Part shown: in pieces, positions 25,585 through 39,930 of the stretch
Position numbering within the stretch: the first letter of the stretch is position 1
Layout: each line of letters begins with the position of its first letter
Assembly: GCA_951406725.2 (NCBI GenBank)
Contig: OX597819.1
Span: 106,268,001-106,332,000, forward strand
Length of the DNA: 64,000 nt
Direction: 5' to 3'
Source: Octopus vulgaris
Taxonomy: Eukaryota
The notes under the pieces: generated by a model
What the model was told of the DNA's origin: nothing
The model's database searches: none
Seen by the model: the letters and a program-made list of their open reading frames with translations, nothing else
Position numbers and translations under genes: made by a program

Positions 25585-27994
25585 GTGTGTGTTTGCATAA
25601 ATATGCGTTTTTTGGTACAAACATATATTGGCACCTAAAAAAAGGTAGAGTCTGTCATAGACTTCAGAGTCACAGATTTGACGAGACAGACGAGAAGGAA
25701 ATGGGCGTGAAGAAGTAACTTAAATTTTTTGAAAAATTATTCGAGAGCCGGATTCAACGACTTCGCATATACATAGCTGATGATGGAGACTAAAGAATTT
25801 GGATGTTCTAGGTCAGTTAATAAATGTGTTATTCCCAATTCTGCATTATTTTCGGCCTGACCCATATATATTGATATATAATGCTATACGGCAGAATCAT
25901 TGGAAACCTGCAGTATTTCTGACGCCGAAGTCAAATTTGCTGTTAAACTTTTCGAAATCTATTAAAACTTCGATTCGATTCAGAGCATTGATTGAAACAG
26001 CTGTTAGACTATCGGGCGGTGTGCTTTGCAGCATCTACGCTGGCTCTTTGCATTGTGACAGCAATAACACCGATGCTATCCTTGGAACTTGTATGTGTAG
26101 AAGAGAAACTGCTAATCTCTGCACCTTCACCAGATTCATGCTCAAGCTTCCAAGTTTGCGCATATATATGCTAATTCGTAGTCAATCCTGACCAACGGAA
26201 GCCCTCCCTCATTTATGTATATATGCGTGCGTATATGTGTATGTGTGTGTATATGTTTGTGTCTGTGTGTGTTTCGGTACGCACACGCGTAATATGTATG
26301 TGTGTGCGGGCTTGTAATGTGTGTGTGTGTATGATTGACGAATAGAATTGACGCATTGAAGAAGAATAGCTTCTGCAGCTCTCCCTGTCTCTCTCACAAA
26401 ATCGATATATTAAGACATTATATAGCAAACGCATTCCTCTAGTCAATATAATCGACTGAAATTCTTCAAGTCAGTGCCTCAGCATGACCAAAGTCAATGC
26501 CTGAGACCAGTAAAGGAATATATTAATTATTTGTAGATTATACAAACAAAGAACTTCCTTCATAAATATTTCAAGAAGGGGAACGTAGAAACCACGGGAA
26601 TACATCAAAATTATTGATATTCTGTTAGTGACTGTAACTGAAAAGATTTCTCTAAATGGTAAACAGAAAGGAGCTTCAGCTATTATCAGATTATGATTAG
26701 AATTTTGGTCGGTAGTCTTATCATTTGCAAAAATTACTCCCCGCTACAAGATTTCTACGTTCGATCTTGAAGAAGCCGGAATCTTGTTTCTTAACACCTC
26801 CGTAGGATACTTTGAAATCAGGCATTCGAGAGCCCACATCCCTTGAGAGAACTCAGAAAGACTGATCAGACACGCTTTCAAGGTCTCGGAAAATAGTGAG
26901 GTGGGTTACATACCAAACTGAATATAAGTACTGGAATAAATTTGCACGAGTAAATTTGCAACGTCGAAAATCTTCATAACGTTGCTCCAGCCAGCTTGAT
27001 TACCGTCTTATGAATCAAATGAAATTGAAACATAATGTGATGAAAGAAGAAGACAGTTGCTCTGAATAGAGCTGCAGTTTTGTTTATCCGGTTTTCTATT
27101 CATCAGTGTAACTAAATGTGGCAATCTGCATGGAAATTTCGGCACGTTGTGCGCTTATTGTTGCCAGAGTAGTTATTCAGAAAATATTTAAATCTACATT
27201 TATTTAATTCGTGCGAGTAATCTGTACCAATGCATTCTTCTTTTACGATGGCATGGTGGGAAAAATGCAGATTTGGTCGCTAATTTTTTAGATCCATTTA
27301 TCAGGTAGAAGGTCCGAAAATGGTTGGCAATCCTTGTATGTATTTCGATATATTCCATAAATCATATATTTCCATCCATTATACTTATAGTTTATCCTGA
27401 TATTATTTGTGTAACATGATAAACCAGTATTAACATAGACGCAAGTAATTATCATGATGTATGGATGGTCAGTGACATTTTGAATATCGAAGATAAGTAA
27501 AAGCTTAATGTAAAAATATTTCCATTAAAAAAAAGCCTTTACATTGAATTGGAATTATATTTTTTTAATGTTGTTTCAATAATGTTTTTGGCGTTTAGAC
27601 AGGTGGTTAAATTATGCGGTAACTGATAACACGGATAAAAAATGATAGACAAAATGGAATCAAGGGTTTCGTTGAATGAAATGGTTCGAACTGCCTTAAG
27701 TGACCGAGTGAACTGCGCTTCAGGGCCTGAAGCAAAAGGTGATTGCTTCGAGTTTTATGATTGCATATAGAAAGAAGGTCAGCGATCATGAGAATCACTT
27801 ACGTTTACTATATATATGCGCATGTGCGTAGACACACACATATATATATATCGATACATATATACATACATATATGCATACATATCTAACCACAAACAAA
27901 CACAAACATATATATGTGTATATATGTATATAATCACACACACACACACACACACATATATATACATATGTATGCATGTATTTATGTATGTATG

Positions 27995-28071
<77 letters not shown>

Positions 28072-28072
28072 T

Positions 28073-28284
28073 AGGGAGAGTTTACGAAAAAAAAGAAAAA
28101 AGACGAAGACAGGTGGTGTACAAAACAAAGAGATGTATTAGTATAACGCTCAGGAATAGAAAAAATATTTTAAGTTTCGAGCCTACGCTCTTCTACAGAA
28201 AGGGACACAGAAAAAAACAAGGAGAGAAACAAGGAGAGACAAAAAGGAGAGAAAAAATGTGTGTAGTGGCTAACGATCTATCAT
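28073..28284 (-). repeat. Family H2 copy
   Basis: Aligns by eye end to end with the reverse complement of 848-1037; adjacent to (TA)n. Confidence 0.85.
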
Positions 28285-29244
28285 GCACAAACTGGCATGG
28301 TACTAAGGGTCATGTTGTGTTTGAGACAGTTCCCTTTACATTTTTTGTGTGCTACGGTCTCATCTGTTTAACTGGAACTGGTTAGGAACATTTCCTTGTA
28401 TATAAAAATGTTCATTCATTTTATGGGAATAAAATTTCCTAGACAGCTCTGAGCGATTACCACAGGAGGGGCCGTCAATAAGGAAGAAGTCACAATATGT
28501 TCATGTACCTCAAAAGTGTGATTAACTGTTATTGAATATCTTGCTGAGTACCTGAGTAGACCTTCCGCGTGGAGCTTTGAGGAATAAGTATATGTAGGCA
28601 AAGTGTTAATACATTTTATTACAACCGTTTCGAAATATCTGAATAATGGAAGATCTCTATCTGCTTAATGGAAATTCACTTGTTCTAATGCTGCATTCTT
28701 TATCGAAATTGAACTTCTGTCATATTTATATGAAAACTTTTGTTTTACACTATGTTCCAAACATCAGCTTAATAGACCAATAAATGAATAAAAGTTATTT
28801 TACTATATCATTTCGAATTTGTTTCAAAATTAATTGAAATGGTGAATTTCGTTACAAAAGCACTGACTATGTTATTAACCGTTTATAATTACACAAAGTT
28901 AATTTATTGATATAAATGTGTAAAATCTAATAACATAAACTGATACCTGATATACTGTATGATTGCAGTTTCTTTCATGTATTATATCCAATATATTATA
29001 TTATATATCAATGATATTTCTGTAGAATTTTCACACCAATTTTCATATAAAAAGATAAAACGAACCCCTGAAATATTGATATATTATCGAAAGCATGTTT
29101 GGTTTACAAATTGTAATATGAATTAATAAAACTAGGATAACTCATTATACATGCATACACGCATACTCATATACGCACAGAAGCACACATATGTATGAAT
29201 ACGTGTGTGTGTGTATACACATCCATCCATACACACACATGCAT

Positions 29245-29350
<106 letters not shown>

Positions 29351-30595
29351 ATTTATATATATCTAAACAATTACATTCACTATTTAATAAATGAGCGAAT
29401 TCACAATTCTTGAAAGACTGTATTTAAAATAAATTACATTTTGAATTTTAAAATCTATTTATTCTAGTTTGTTGATGTGAACGGTGTAAATAATATCCTT
29501 CTCGAAATATCTGATCTCATCAACAGCCAAGTTATTTCAAGTTGTAATTACGCTGAGGTCAAGAATGTTAATGTGGTTTCTACTTCTTTGTCATCTGTAG
29601 TGATTAATTCAGCGTCATTTTAAGATATTTTCATACCAAATTAAAACTAAAACAATCGCAGACTTTTGCATCGAAGCCCCTAACCTTAACCACCCATATG
29701 CAGACATGTTAATCAAACTGATATCTTGAAGCCATTGAAAACAGTACCCACACACATCCACCACCACCTGCTTACTATTTAGCAGCATTACAATGAATAG
29801 GTGAAGCAGATCATCGTTTAGGGAACTGGTTTCGCTGACACTCCCACAATATTCCCACAGTCTGTCAAAGTGTCTGTGATCCTGTTGCCTGCCATTATAA
29901 TTCATCTGTCCAGTTGTAAAAACCTGTAATATCCAATTAAAATGTAGTATTGTTGCAATCAATCATCCTGTTGATTAACATTAAAACATTGACAGCTAAG
30001 AACCATTAAAGCCAACCTTAAATCTAGCTGCCCCGTATGCAAATGGAAGCAGACAAATTCTGCTGTCAGATACTGAAATTATTCTCTTAACACGCCAAGT
30101 ATTTGACCCAGCGTTTCCTCTGCGTGTTGTAAAAGGCGTCTTAAAGAGGTTGAAGTAAGAATTGATCATGGGTCTCGTAAATCCTTTACAAAAACGACTG
30201 CGCGAACAAACACGGGGGTAGAGGCTTGTCACCCGAGTAAAGCAAAAGTATCGCCCGCTAAGAGTAGGGGATCACCAACAAGCAGTCGATGCAGCGATAT
30301 GCTGCAACAGCAGATGTCCCCTTATTTGGTTTGAGCACTGTTCACCAGCTTAAAGGAGTGAGGTTACGCGTTAATGTGTTGTGTGTATATATATATGTAA
30401 TGACTGTCTTGCTGAGTGGAAACAGAAATGAGTCATACTGTTAATAGACACTCCTTTTCTGATTTCCTCACACTCACATACACGCATATGTATGCAAAGT
30501 GCGAGAGAGAGAGAGAGAGAGAGAGAGAAAGAAAAAGGAGAGTATAAGTGACAGGTTTGACAAATGGATACTCACACACATACATGTATATATAT

Positions 30596-30627
<32 letters not shown>

Positions 30628-31483
30628 TGTATGTATGTATGTATGTATGTACTCACACATTCATACACATGCGTAGATACAATCGTATGTGAGTGTTGTG
30701 CGTGTTGTGTGTTATGCGTGCTGTGTGTGTTTGTGTGTGCGTATATGTGTGTATATGAGTGTGTGTCCGAATGGAAACAATTTTACACGAAGCACGAAAT
30801 AATATACAAAGTAACGTAAATACACACAAATACACGTGAGTTGCTAACGAAAAAAGTATCTCAATTTTGATATCTTCCGACAATAGTGTACAATCCGGTG
30901 GTGTCAGCAAGATAAGCTGTTCTGGAGTGAGTACAATAGACAAAACAGAGCAGAAAGAACTCGAGACAAGGTCAGTGTATATCGAACAGTAAAGATGAAT
31001 TTTGGAGTGAATAGGAAAAGTATCAGGCGACACAAAATGTATAAGTATGGAAAGGATATCTATGAACATGGTGATAATATTAAATAGTACGAAGTTAAGA
31101 TTCTAAAAGAAATGGTGTCTCTTTTGAGTTTTAAGTAAAGAAATAAAATATTAAACAAAGAGCAGAAGAAAAGAAATGACCGGGAAGCCCAAAACCAGCT
31201 TAAAATTGCACGTACGACCACGCGAGACAGCAAAAAGCCTGTGTGAGGAGGAAAGAGTAACAGGAGTAATGAGAAAAAAAGAGAATTGGTTGTTGCATAG
31301 CTAATCAAAATAGGGAACGAAAGGTATGAAGGAGGGGCGGAATAAATACAAAGATGGAATGGAGGGTAAGAAGGAAAATACTAGAAAAGAAGTAAATCGA
31401 GTAAAATGTGAGACAGGTAGGTAAAGAAAAAATATGGCAAGATAGTTACTATAAGAAAACTAAGGAAGGTAGGTAGAAAGAAA

Positions 31484-31520
31484 GATAGACAGACAGACAG
31501 ACAGATAGATAGATAGATAT

Positions 31521-31573
<53 letters not shown>

Positions 31574-31574
31574 C

Positions 31575-31628
<54 letters not shown>
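31484..31628. repeat. (GATA)n microsatellite
   Basis: Direct reading. Confidence 0.95.
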
Positions 31629-34052
31629 GCACACAGACATGTTGATCCACAGACATGTCGATCGATAGAGAGCTTGGTGGCTAGACGAATAGATAAAGAA
31701 GTGGGCGCATGATAAGGATGCTACTATATTTGAAACAAAATGTGTGCTATTATTACAGTAACAATGAAGATAACGCAAAAATTTACGGGAAGGACGAACA
31801 ACATACACACGAAAGTAAACACACGCCAGCCCTCATTAACTTGTAGTTCATATGCCGTCACAATTTCGGCACCTTCCAGCGATATTATAGAGTTTGGTGG
31901 TGTTGGGAGAGGTAAGATGCTGAGCCATAGTGGATACGATAGATGAAAAGGATCATAAAATGAGAATATTAAGTCTCTAAATTGAATGGCAAAGTGCGGT
32001 TGTGACAGCTTAATAGGTTAAGTTAGCATTTGACTTGCTATGTATTATAATCCATGCCTAATTAATGAAGATAATTAAAAATATTTATGCAGTGAGTAAA
32101 ATTTACTCGTCAATGACGCACAGTGCTACTACATCTGGAAATACTCGGGTATGAAAAGATTGTGATGATGCTGTCAATTTTCTTAATTAACCGTAAAATG
32201 TACATAAGTGTAGCAAGGTTATATATCAGATTTATTCATTAGCAAAAAAAAAAGAAAATATGTTTGAGTAACAAATATATTTTGCTAACATCTTATGATA
32301 AAATATCCTGGTATTTTGGGATGAAACCCTTCCAGTATATCTCATCGAAACCTTTATTTTAAGTACTCTATCAACTGCACATTCGAATGACATCAAAGGT
32401 ATGTAAGTATCATACCTCGCAGACATGCGAAGAACACGGCTTCTTGCCGTAATTAAGTGCAGCTTTCTCAATTCCTTCTACTACATGAAAACATCGCTTC
32501 CTTAAAGTGAGACACATATACGTTTTCAAAGACTGCTGCTGCAGCATCCTATAAGAAAAAAAACACACTATCTTTCATTCAGAACAAGCATACCAAAAAA
32601 GTTAGGCAGCTATAGACCCAGTATCAATAGCCTTCTTAATTCTCGGTACTGATTTGTAAACATAGATAAGTACACTGTGAATCAGTAAATCTTGTGCTCT
32701 TATGAAGTTATCCTTACTGCTGCAGAGGTGTCTAGCTATAGGACGGCAGATGTACATATATAGATCATATAGTGGGGGTGGCGGATATAGGAGTTGCAAC
32801 ACTACGTAAAAATGGTTAGAGTGCTTATATTTTTCACGTAGTCTGAGACACGATACACATTCAGTAGTTCGGTTGTGTACCTAGGTCTATACATCAGTAA
32901 CAATTGGCGTATACACATAGACCTGACAGAGCTGTGAGAACAAGATAACAAGAACATCGCACCTGATTCCTTACAAGACATCCTGGACATGCATGGAATA
33001 CCACCTGCTGTGGTAAGTGGTGTAGTTCTCATATAGGTTCAAGTGTAGCACAACTGAAACAACAGTGTGTTCATAAGATCTGCTCAAACAATAGCTACAC
33101 AGCAACAAAAACATTTGCAACAACAGAACAATTGACAATAAGAAAATAAAAGCGAAAGCAAAAAGTGCAAAGCAAAGCAAAAACGAAATTATCTTTAGAA
33201 AACAACACAAAACAAAATATATTCTCGAACAGAATCTCATGTTTGTTGTCTTCACTCTTCTGCATTTGAAACATATAGTTTTTCCTCCGATAACACAAAA
33301 TTTTAATCAATGTTTCTTATTAATATTCCCAAACACACACTCCTCGAAATTACTTTCTACTCAGCTATTATCTCAAGCATTATAAAACAAACGAAACCAC
33401 TTAAAATTCGTTATATTATTTCTTCTTCCATTATTTCACAAACGATTGTTAGTTTCTCTTTAAATCCATAACGGCTTATTTCTTATTTTGATGTTGTTGC
33501 TATTGGTGTTGTTCCCGACATTATTATTGTTGCTGTTGTTGTTTTTATTGCTGTTATTATTCTGGGTGTTGCGCTTGCTGGTATTGTCGTTCTATGTTTG
33601 CAGAAACTAAAAACTCCCACACGCTAAAAACTCTACTAACTTTACTTTGACATTTAAATCGACCATTTGTGCCCGACAACCCATTTGTGCACGCAGTTAT
33701 GCGCCAAAACCGTGCATCCTGAATACATGACCTTATCAATTCTGACTAATGAAAATCAAATACCATAGCGTGTTCTATGTTCCTGAATCAATCTTGTTCT
33801 CGGATTTTGATTTGTTACCCGGTGGAACACACAGGGAGGGAGAAAGAGAAAGAGAGAGAGAGAGAGAGATAGAGAGAGAAGGAGCGAAAGAGAGAGAGAG
33901 AAAGCGAGAGAAAAGCTGATATCCTCAACGGACTAGCCACCTGCTTGAAACTATATTTCCGCACACACACATGTGCGTTCACACAAATATGTATGTATAC
34001 GAATACAAACACACACAAACACACACACAGACACACAGACCCAGACAGACAG

Positions 34053-34084
<32 letters not shown>

Positions 34085-34178
34085 TATTGTGCCTAGGGAG
34101 AGTCATTCCGTTTTAATACCTTATTAATTAACACGCTCACCGCTTCGATTTCTACACATCTATTTATGTATTTCGTAA

Positions 34179-34267
<89 letters not shown>

Positions 34268-34315
34268 TATAATAACAAAACGTACATACACACAAATATA
34301 CACACATTCATATTA

Positions 34316-34572
34316 GTGGAGGCGCGTGGCTCAGAGCTTAGTGTGTTGAGCTCTTGAGCAAAATACTTCACTCCACGTTGATCTCATCAACTCAGCTTCA
34401 ACTAGTTAACCCTGCAACGGACCGGCGTTTTATTCGGGGGTTAATGCTTGCGTGCCCTCTTCGCCAGCGGGATGGCATCATTCAAAAGTTGAAACAATGC
34501 AGATGTGGGCCCAATATACATCGTATCAATAGAGTGCAACCTTTATGATAGCAATGCTTGTGACAAGCATTG
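34316..34572 (+). mobile_element. Degenerate tRNA-derived SINE
   Basis: Head gtggaggcgcgtggc, centre tcttgagcaaaatacttc; tail gccagcgggatggcatcatt is shared with 39638-39680. Confidence 0.65.
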
Positions 34573-34635
<63 letters not shown>

Positions 34636-34729
34636 CACATACACTAAAACACATACACACATCAGGAGTATCAGCACTAAGGAGTGATTAGGTAAAAGGG
34701 AACTTTAGGTTAGTTAAAATATGTTTGTG

Positions 34730-36190
34730 ATATGTTTCAAATTCTGAACGCGAGTCCACTGCAGTTTCTGGGGAGAAACATACTTGTTTATGGTAAAAGA
34801 TGTAGAAACACTGTCTTCCCACTGCTGCCCGCTATCGTAATCTCTTTAGCCTTTTTCAATGGGATATACTGATAAGGAATTTCTAATGGTACAGTTGAAA
34901 TTGTCCGTGCTGATGAAAAGTAGTAGGTTGGACCAAGGATTATAAATACATTCGAGAAATCGTGAGCTGGGAAAGATCATGGTTATGTGTTAACGAGATT
35001 GGCAGAGTAACTGGTCAAGCACACCAGGTGTCCGTCTGCAAAGGAAATGGAAATGTGCATATAATATGGTGGAAGTGGTGATGTTTCAGAAAAGGCTTCG
35101 GATAGTGATCTGAATTGGCCGTGGGAAGGGAAAACTATTAGACTGGAAGGTAAGAGCAGAAAACTAAATGGGTGAGGAATGTGGGGGTAAAGACCCAAAG
35201 AGTTGAAGCATCAAGGTGGGAATTTTTGACAATAGTACGCAGAATGTCACGGAACGAAGAATTGGTAGGTACAGTGGACGCACTTATAAAATATGGAGGG
35301 ATCGGGATGCGAAGAATAAGCTGAGCTGTAAATAGGAGACGGCCTGTTTATGGAATATATGTGAAGTGAGTGATAGATTAGAATAGTCAATATCATAGAT
35401 ACAATTATCAATTTTACTACCTTACATTTCAGAAGTGCGACAAGAGAACTGGGGACGGTTTGAGCCTCAAAATAACCGACCAAAACGTTAGCATAATTAG
35501 GATCCATCCTATATACCACTGCTACGTGAGTGTTTGTTTGTAAGAAGCCTTATTGAATGAGACACAATTCACAGTTTGGAAAAGATCAGCATGCTGGAAA
35601 GAAGTAGAGTTGCTGAACCAAACGATTGAGTTATAGTTTATGAAGAACTAAAAGGGGAGATAAAAAAACTTCGAGTAGTAAATCAATGTACAGGAATTTT
35701 TAATCTGAAAATTAGAGGGAAGAGGAGAAGGCACTGGAGAAGTAAAGCATGTGATTAATGTCATAAATGTGGGGGCGGGGATGTGCAGTAACAACGATTT
35801 GCGTACTCTTGTGGCATGTACGCAGAAACACGTGAGGGGAATCAGTTGTAAGTGGAGACAATCGAGTGGTGAGAACTGTTGTGCTTGAGAATTGGAAGGA
35901 GAATGGGAAGCCCATATGATAACGATAGTGGCAGTAGAAGAGGTTGGGGAGGAGGCGATGAGATCTTTTATAGATATTACTACGTGGATGTGAGTTAGAT
36001 GGGTTCTATTGGTAGAAATGAAGATTATTCAATTATTGTAGTGCCTTATTTGTGTAGAGTTCCTGGCGCCATACACCTACTGCGCTGCATTCATGAAGCG
36101 GTAGATGAAAAGCGATGCCTATCATCTTGGCGACGAGGTTGGTCAAGAGCGAAGTGTTCATCTTAGTCAATGTCGAAGACGCTAGTTCGC
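34730..36190 (-). mobile_element. Decayed Penelope-like element
   Basis: RMDPNYANVLVGYFEAQ (cf. MGPSYANLFVGYVE). Its pyrimidine-rich sense strand resembles 58920-59900. Confidence 0.65.
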
Positions 36191-39100
36191 TTAAGAAAAT
36201 GCAAGTAAAATATATGAATTAAATACTTGAAATTGAAGCTCATTTAAATTCAGAAGTTTTGTCTTTGGAGCTTCTAAAACAAAAGCATAGATATTTCCTG
36301 TAGCTACTATACTTTTTAAGGAGAAAGTTCACCATCATGCGGTCATCATTTCGCCCATTGATAATCATGTTACATTGCCTTCTTCAAGACTACAACTATT
36401 GTCTTATACATGTATTCCATACAAGTAATCCACTGAAACTGAAACACATTTATTGCTTTCGTGTAAAAGGAGATATTTTGAACTCAGTTTAAAACTTTCT
36501 ATGAATGGCTGTCATTCATTTGGCATATTGAGCGAGTGAAAACCTGGGTTACTCAGAAGAATACCAGATTATTGTTCGTAAAGAGGAAAGAGTTTTTCAC
36601 TGCTAAGATGAAACGAAGGCTTTGTTCCAGAATGAAGGAAATTCCATTCTTTAAACTTGGAGGAGAGCAATGTAAAAACTCCTTTCTGAGGTTTTTATTC
36701 TTGAGGAGGTCATACGGTTAATCGAATGAACAATTGACCGAGTTTCTTGATAATCTATGGCCCCCTCCACCTCTTCTGTTGCGTTGTATGTCATAACATA
36801 TGAGTGATTCCTTATCATCATCACTTAAGATCCCTAATGGGTAGCTGAAAGGTCGCCGTGCGATATTTAATTTGTATGCGAAACAAGTGTGCTTGCTGAT
36901 CGTGTTTCAGGTTATGTTCACTTGCTTCTATTATATCCATTCATGCCTTTCATTTATATACAATTCTCATAACCTCTGTTTCCGTCCAAGTCAATATTGA
37001 GTCAACTTTCAGACAATTCTTCTTTATGTTAAGTCTAAAATCACAAACGCTCTCTGTAGTTTTGCATACAATGTGGGGAGCTCATTTTTAATCATGGTCT
37101 ACAAGTTGTGATTTAAAATAGGCAAGATATGCTCGCTTCAAATAATTATATTAGGTGCATCTTGGGGAAATCTCACCGATTACTGAATCTGTCTCTATAA
37201 ATAAGGGTTATCTCTATAAATAAGTGTTAATCATATGTATATGATTTAAATTTTACCTACCAGTATAGTGATGTACTTTTTTACACGCATTTTGTTATTA
37301 TCAACTGCAAATATGAAAGTTAAACTACATGGAAGATGGTTGACTGGTTCATCGAATTAAACTATTGTGGCAGTAGTATTATTTCCCTCAGTTATTATTT
37401 AATTGTCGTTATTTATTTGTTGACTATGATTTATATATCCATGGAAACAACTTTCCGGAAAAAAATAAAGTGAAAACTAACTTCCAAATATTTCTTTATC
37501 GAACTATATACAGTTTAAAAAACATTTCACCGAGTTTCTTCGATAAATTATATATTACTAAATAGAAATAAATAAAGACAACTAAACACAAATTAAGAAC
37601 AAATAATACCTTAAGTTCAATTCCTTAATTGTTTTTAAATAAATTATTCTCAGTATGTCTTAAGAAAAAACAACCACAAATCCTACAAAAGATAGTTAGA
37701 AAAATGTGATTTCCAAAATGTCTAATAGCTATTTGCTTATGAAAATTCTTTATACAAACGAATAGAGTAATAATCGTTGTCTAAAGTAAACTATTTTATA
37801 ACGCAGTACCGAATGATGCAGAGCTTCACCTGTTGAATAAATTTAAAATGTTGCAATGTAATTTTAACCTATAATCTAGCATGACAACCTTCACGTAGAA
37901 TCATGGGTGGACAATGTAACATGAAGTCCATTTCTCTTTTTGACGTTAGATAACTTGATTTGATAACTTGGTAATTGGAAATAAACGTAATTATTTGCTT
38001 ACTTTAAAAACGTATAGTTTTAAAATATCCATAGTTTGTTGTGAAAGCAAGAAATGTTACTATAATTGAAATTGCAGCAAAGTTTTCCCGTCCAGCGTCC
38101 ATGTGGATACATTACCTGTCTAAAAAGAGGTAATGTATCTCCAATACCACCGCATATAGTGAATAACTGACGACATATACAAAAGCAGTACCTTAAACGT
38201 ATCCGAGAAAAGATGTAATGTGCGAGGCAACCTTGTCTTTCTCTTGTGCTCTGTACGTAATAGAGTCATTACGTAAACATAACTAACATATTCATATTAC
38301 TTTCACTTGTTGCTAACACTTAATTACATTATAACAGATGCATAAGCATTCCATAACTCATTCATAACATTCACAATACATTTACAGGTAATGAGTCGTT
38401 CATAATATCATGAGTATATAAAAGAATGAGAATCAAAACAATTGTATGTATAATCATGCTCAACACGTTCCGGTATATTCGAATGTGAATGTGTTAATCG
38501 CTGCGGTATTTCACCTTAGGGGAACAACTCCCATTAGAATATGTGCATTGACAACACGTTCATGTCAGTGACATATTATCAACAACAGTTAGCATATTCA
38601 CGTTCAAAACTGTCGGAACAGGTAGGTACAAATATAAATCAGTTTTGTTTTCTCTCGTCGTTTTGTGTTTAGTGTTATGATCAGCTTAGTATAGATCAAA
38701 ACAAATATTTTTTTTTACTGAGCCTTACAAACAAGTAGCACCAATGTTGTTTAGTTTCAAATATTCGGAGGGAAGCTTGATTGACGAACCACGACGATAT
38801 CGAAATAATTGTGTCTCAAAGGCAGGTGTTTCAGTCTCAACGTCAATGAATGCAGTGTTTGTTGTCAAAACACATCAGTTAAAACGAGAAGTTGAGATGT
38901 TATTCTCGAAAGCGAAATACATCAGAGACTTGCATATTAGAAAGTGTTAATAATAAAAATACATAACATTGAATCTCATTTATAGACTTTACATACAACA
39001 TATATATATACAATACATAAGTGGTAACTGCATAAAAACATAGATAACTAGATCATAACACCTGCATAAAACATTCAAAGCGCATTCGATTCTTGACAAA

Positions 39101-39383
39101 TACATGGTACATAATACATGTATAATATATAAATATATATATATATATATATAAATGAAACAACTGTACAAACCACAGACACAATAAGTAAAACAGTAAC
39201 ATAATATATAGTAGGAAAACAGAATACATTGAGTTGAACATAATCAGTCAGTATCTCTGCTTAACTTAATGTCATTATCTGATTGTTGTTTAGGAACTGA
39301 AGAATTCTTTTACCAAAGGTGCGATCCGCCGACTCACTCGCAATCGCAGTCACTCAGTCTCTAACCTTCTCTCTTTCTCTTTC

Positions 39384-39430
<47 letters not shown>

Positions 39431-39433
<3 letters not shown>

Positions 39434-39739
39434 AGGCGCAATGGCCCAGTGGTTAAGGGCAGCGGACTCGCAGTCTTAGGATCGCGGTTTTGATTCCCAG
39501 ACCGGGCGTTGTGAGTGTTTATTGAGCGAAAACACCTAAAAGCTCCACGAGGCTCCGGCAGGGGGTGGTGGCGAACCCTGGCGTACCCTTTCGCCACAAC
39601 CTTCTCTCACTCTTTATTCTGTTGGCCTACTCGCTCAGCCAGCGGGGTGGCGTCATTTGAAGGCTAAAACAATGCGAAGCACATTGTGACCAGCGATGTG
39701 TAGCAAAACCTGATAGCCTGATCGGTCACGGTGATCACG

Positions 39740-39743
<4 letters not shown>
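39431..39743 (+). mobile_element. tRNA-derived SINE
   Basis: A box tggcccagtgg, B-box-like ggttttgattccc, short tandem tail (tcacggtga)x2, microsatellite flanks. Confidence 0.85.
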
Positions 39744-39785
<42 letters not shown>

Positions 39786-39841
39786 TATATAAGTAGTTGA
39801 ATGGATTATCCTAGTATGGATAATTCGGTTAACCGATACCT

Positions 39842-39930
39842 GGGTTATTCCTGATGAGAAGGCGGCATAATACACCCCTTATTCCTTCGGAATTAGGAAT
39901 ATGCAGTCTTCGAAACATATGTCGAGACTA
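39842..39930 (+). ncRNA. Type I hammerhead ribozyme motif with long stem II
   Basis: ttc CTGATGA gaaggcggcata...tatgcagtcttc GAAA catatg TC gag. Stem II pairs at 11 of 12 positions, palindromic CATATG stem III, GUC cleavage triplet, short stem I. Confidence 0.78.

Noticed and set aside
27640-27770. Short plus-strand ORF MIDKMESRVSLNEMVRTALSDRVNCASGPEAKG as a coding exon
   Set aside because: No recognisable homology, weak splice signals and no partner exons found.
30850-31340. Possible CR1-like 3' relic
   Set aside because: Too degenerate to support from motifs read by eye.
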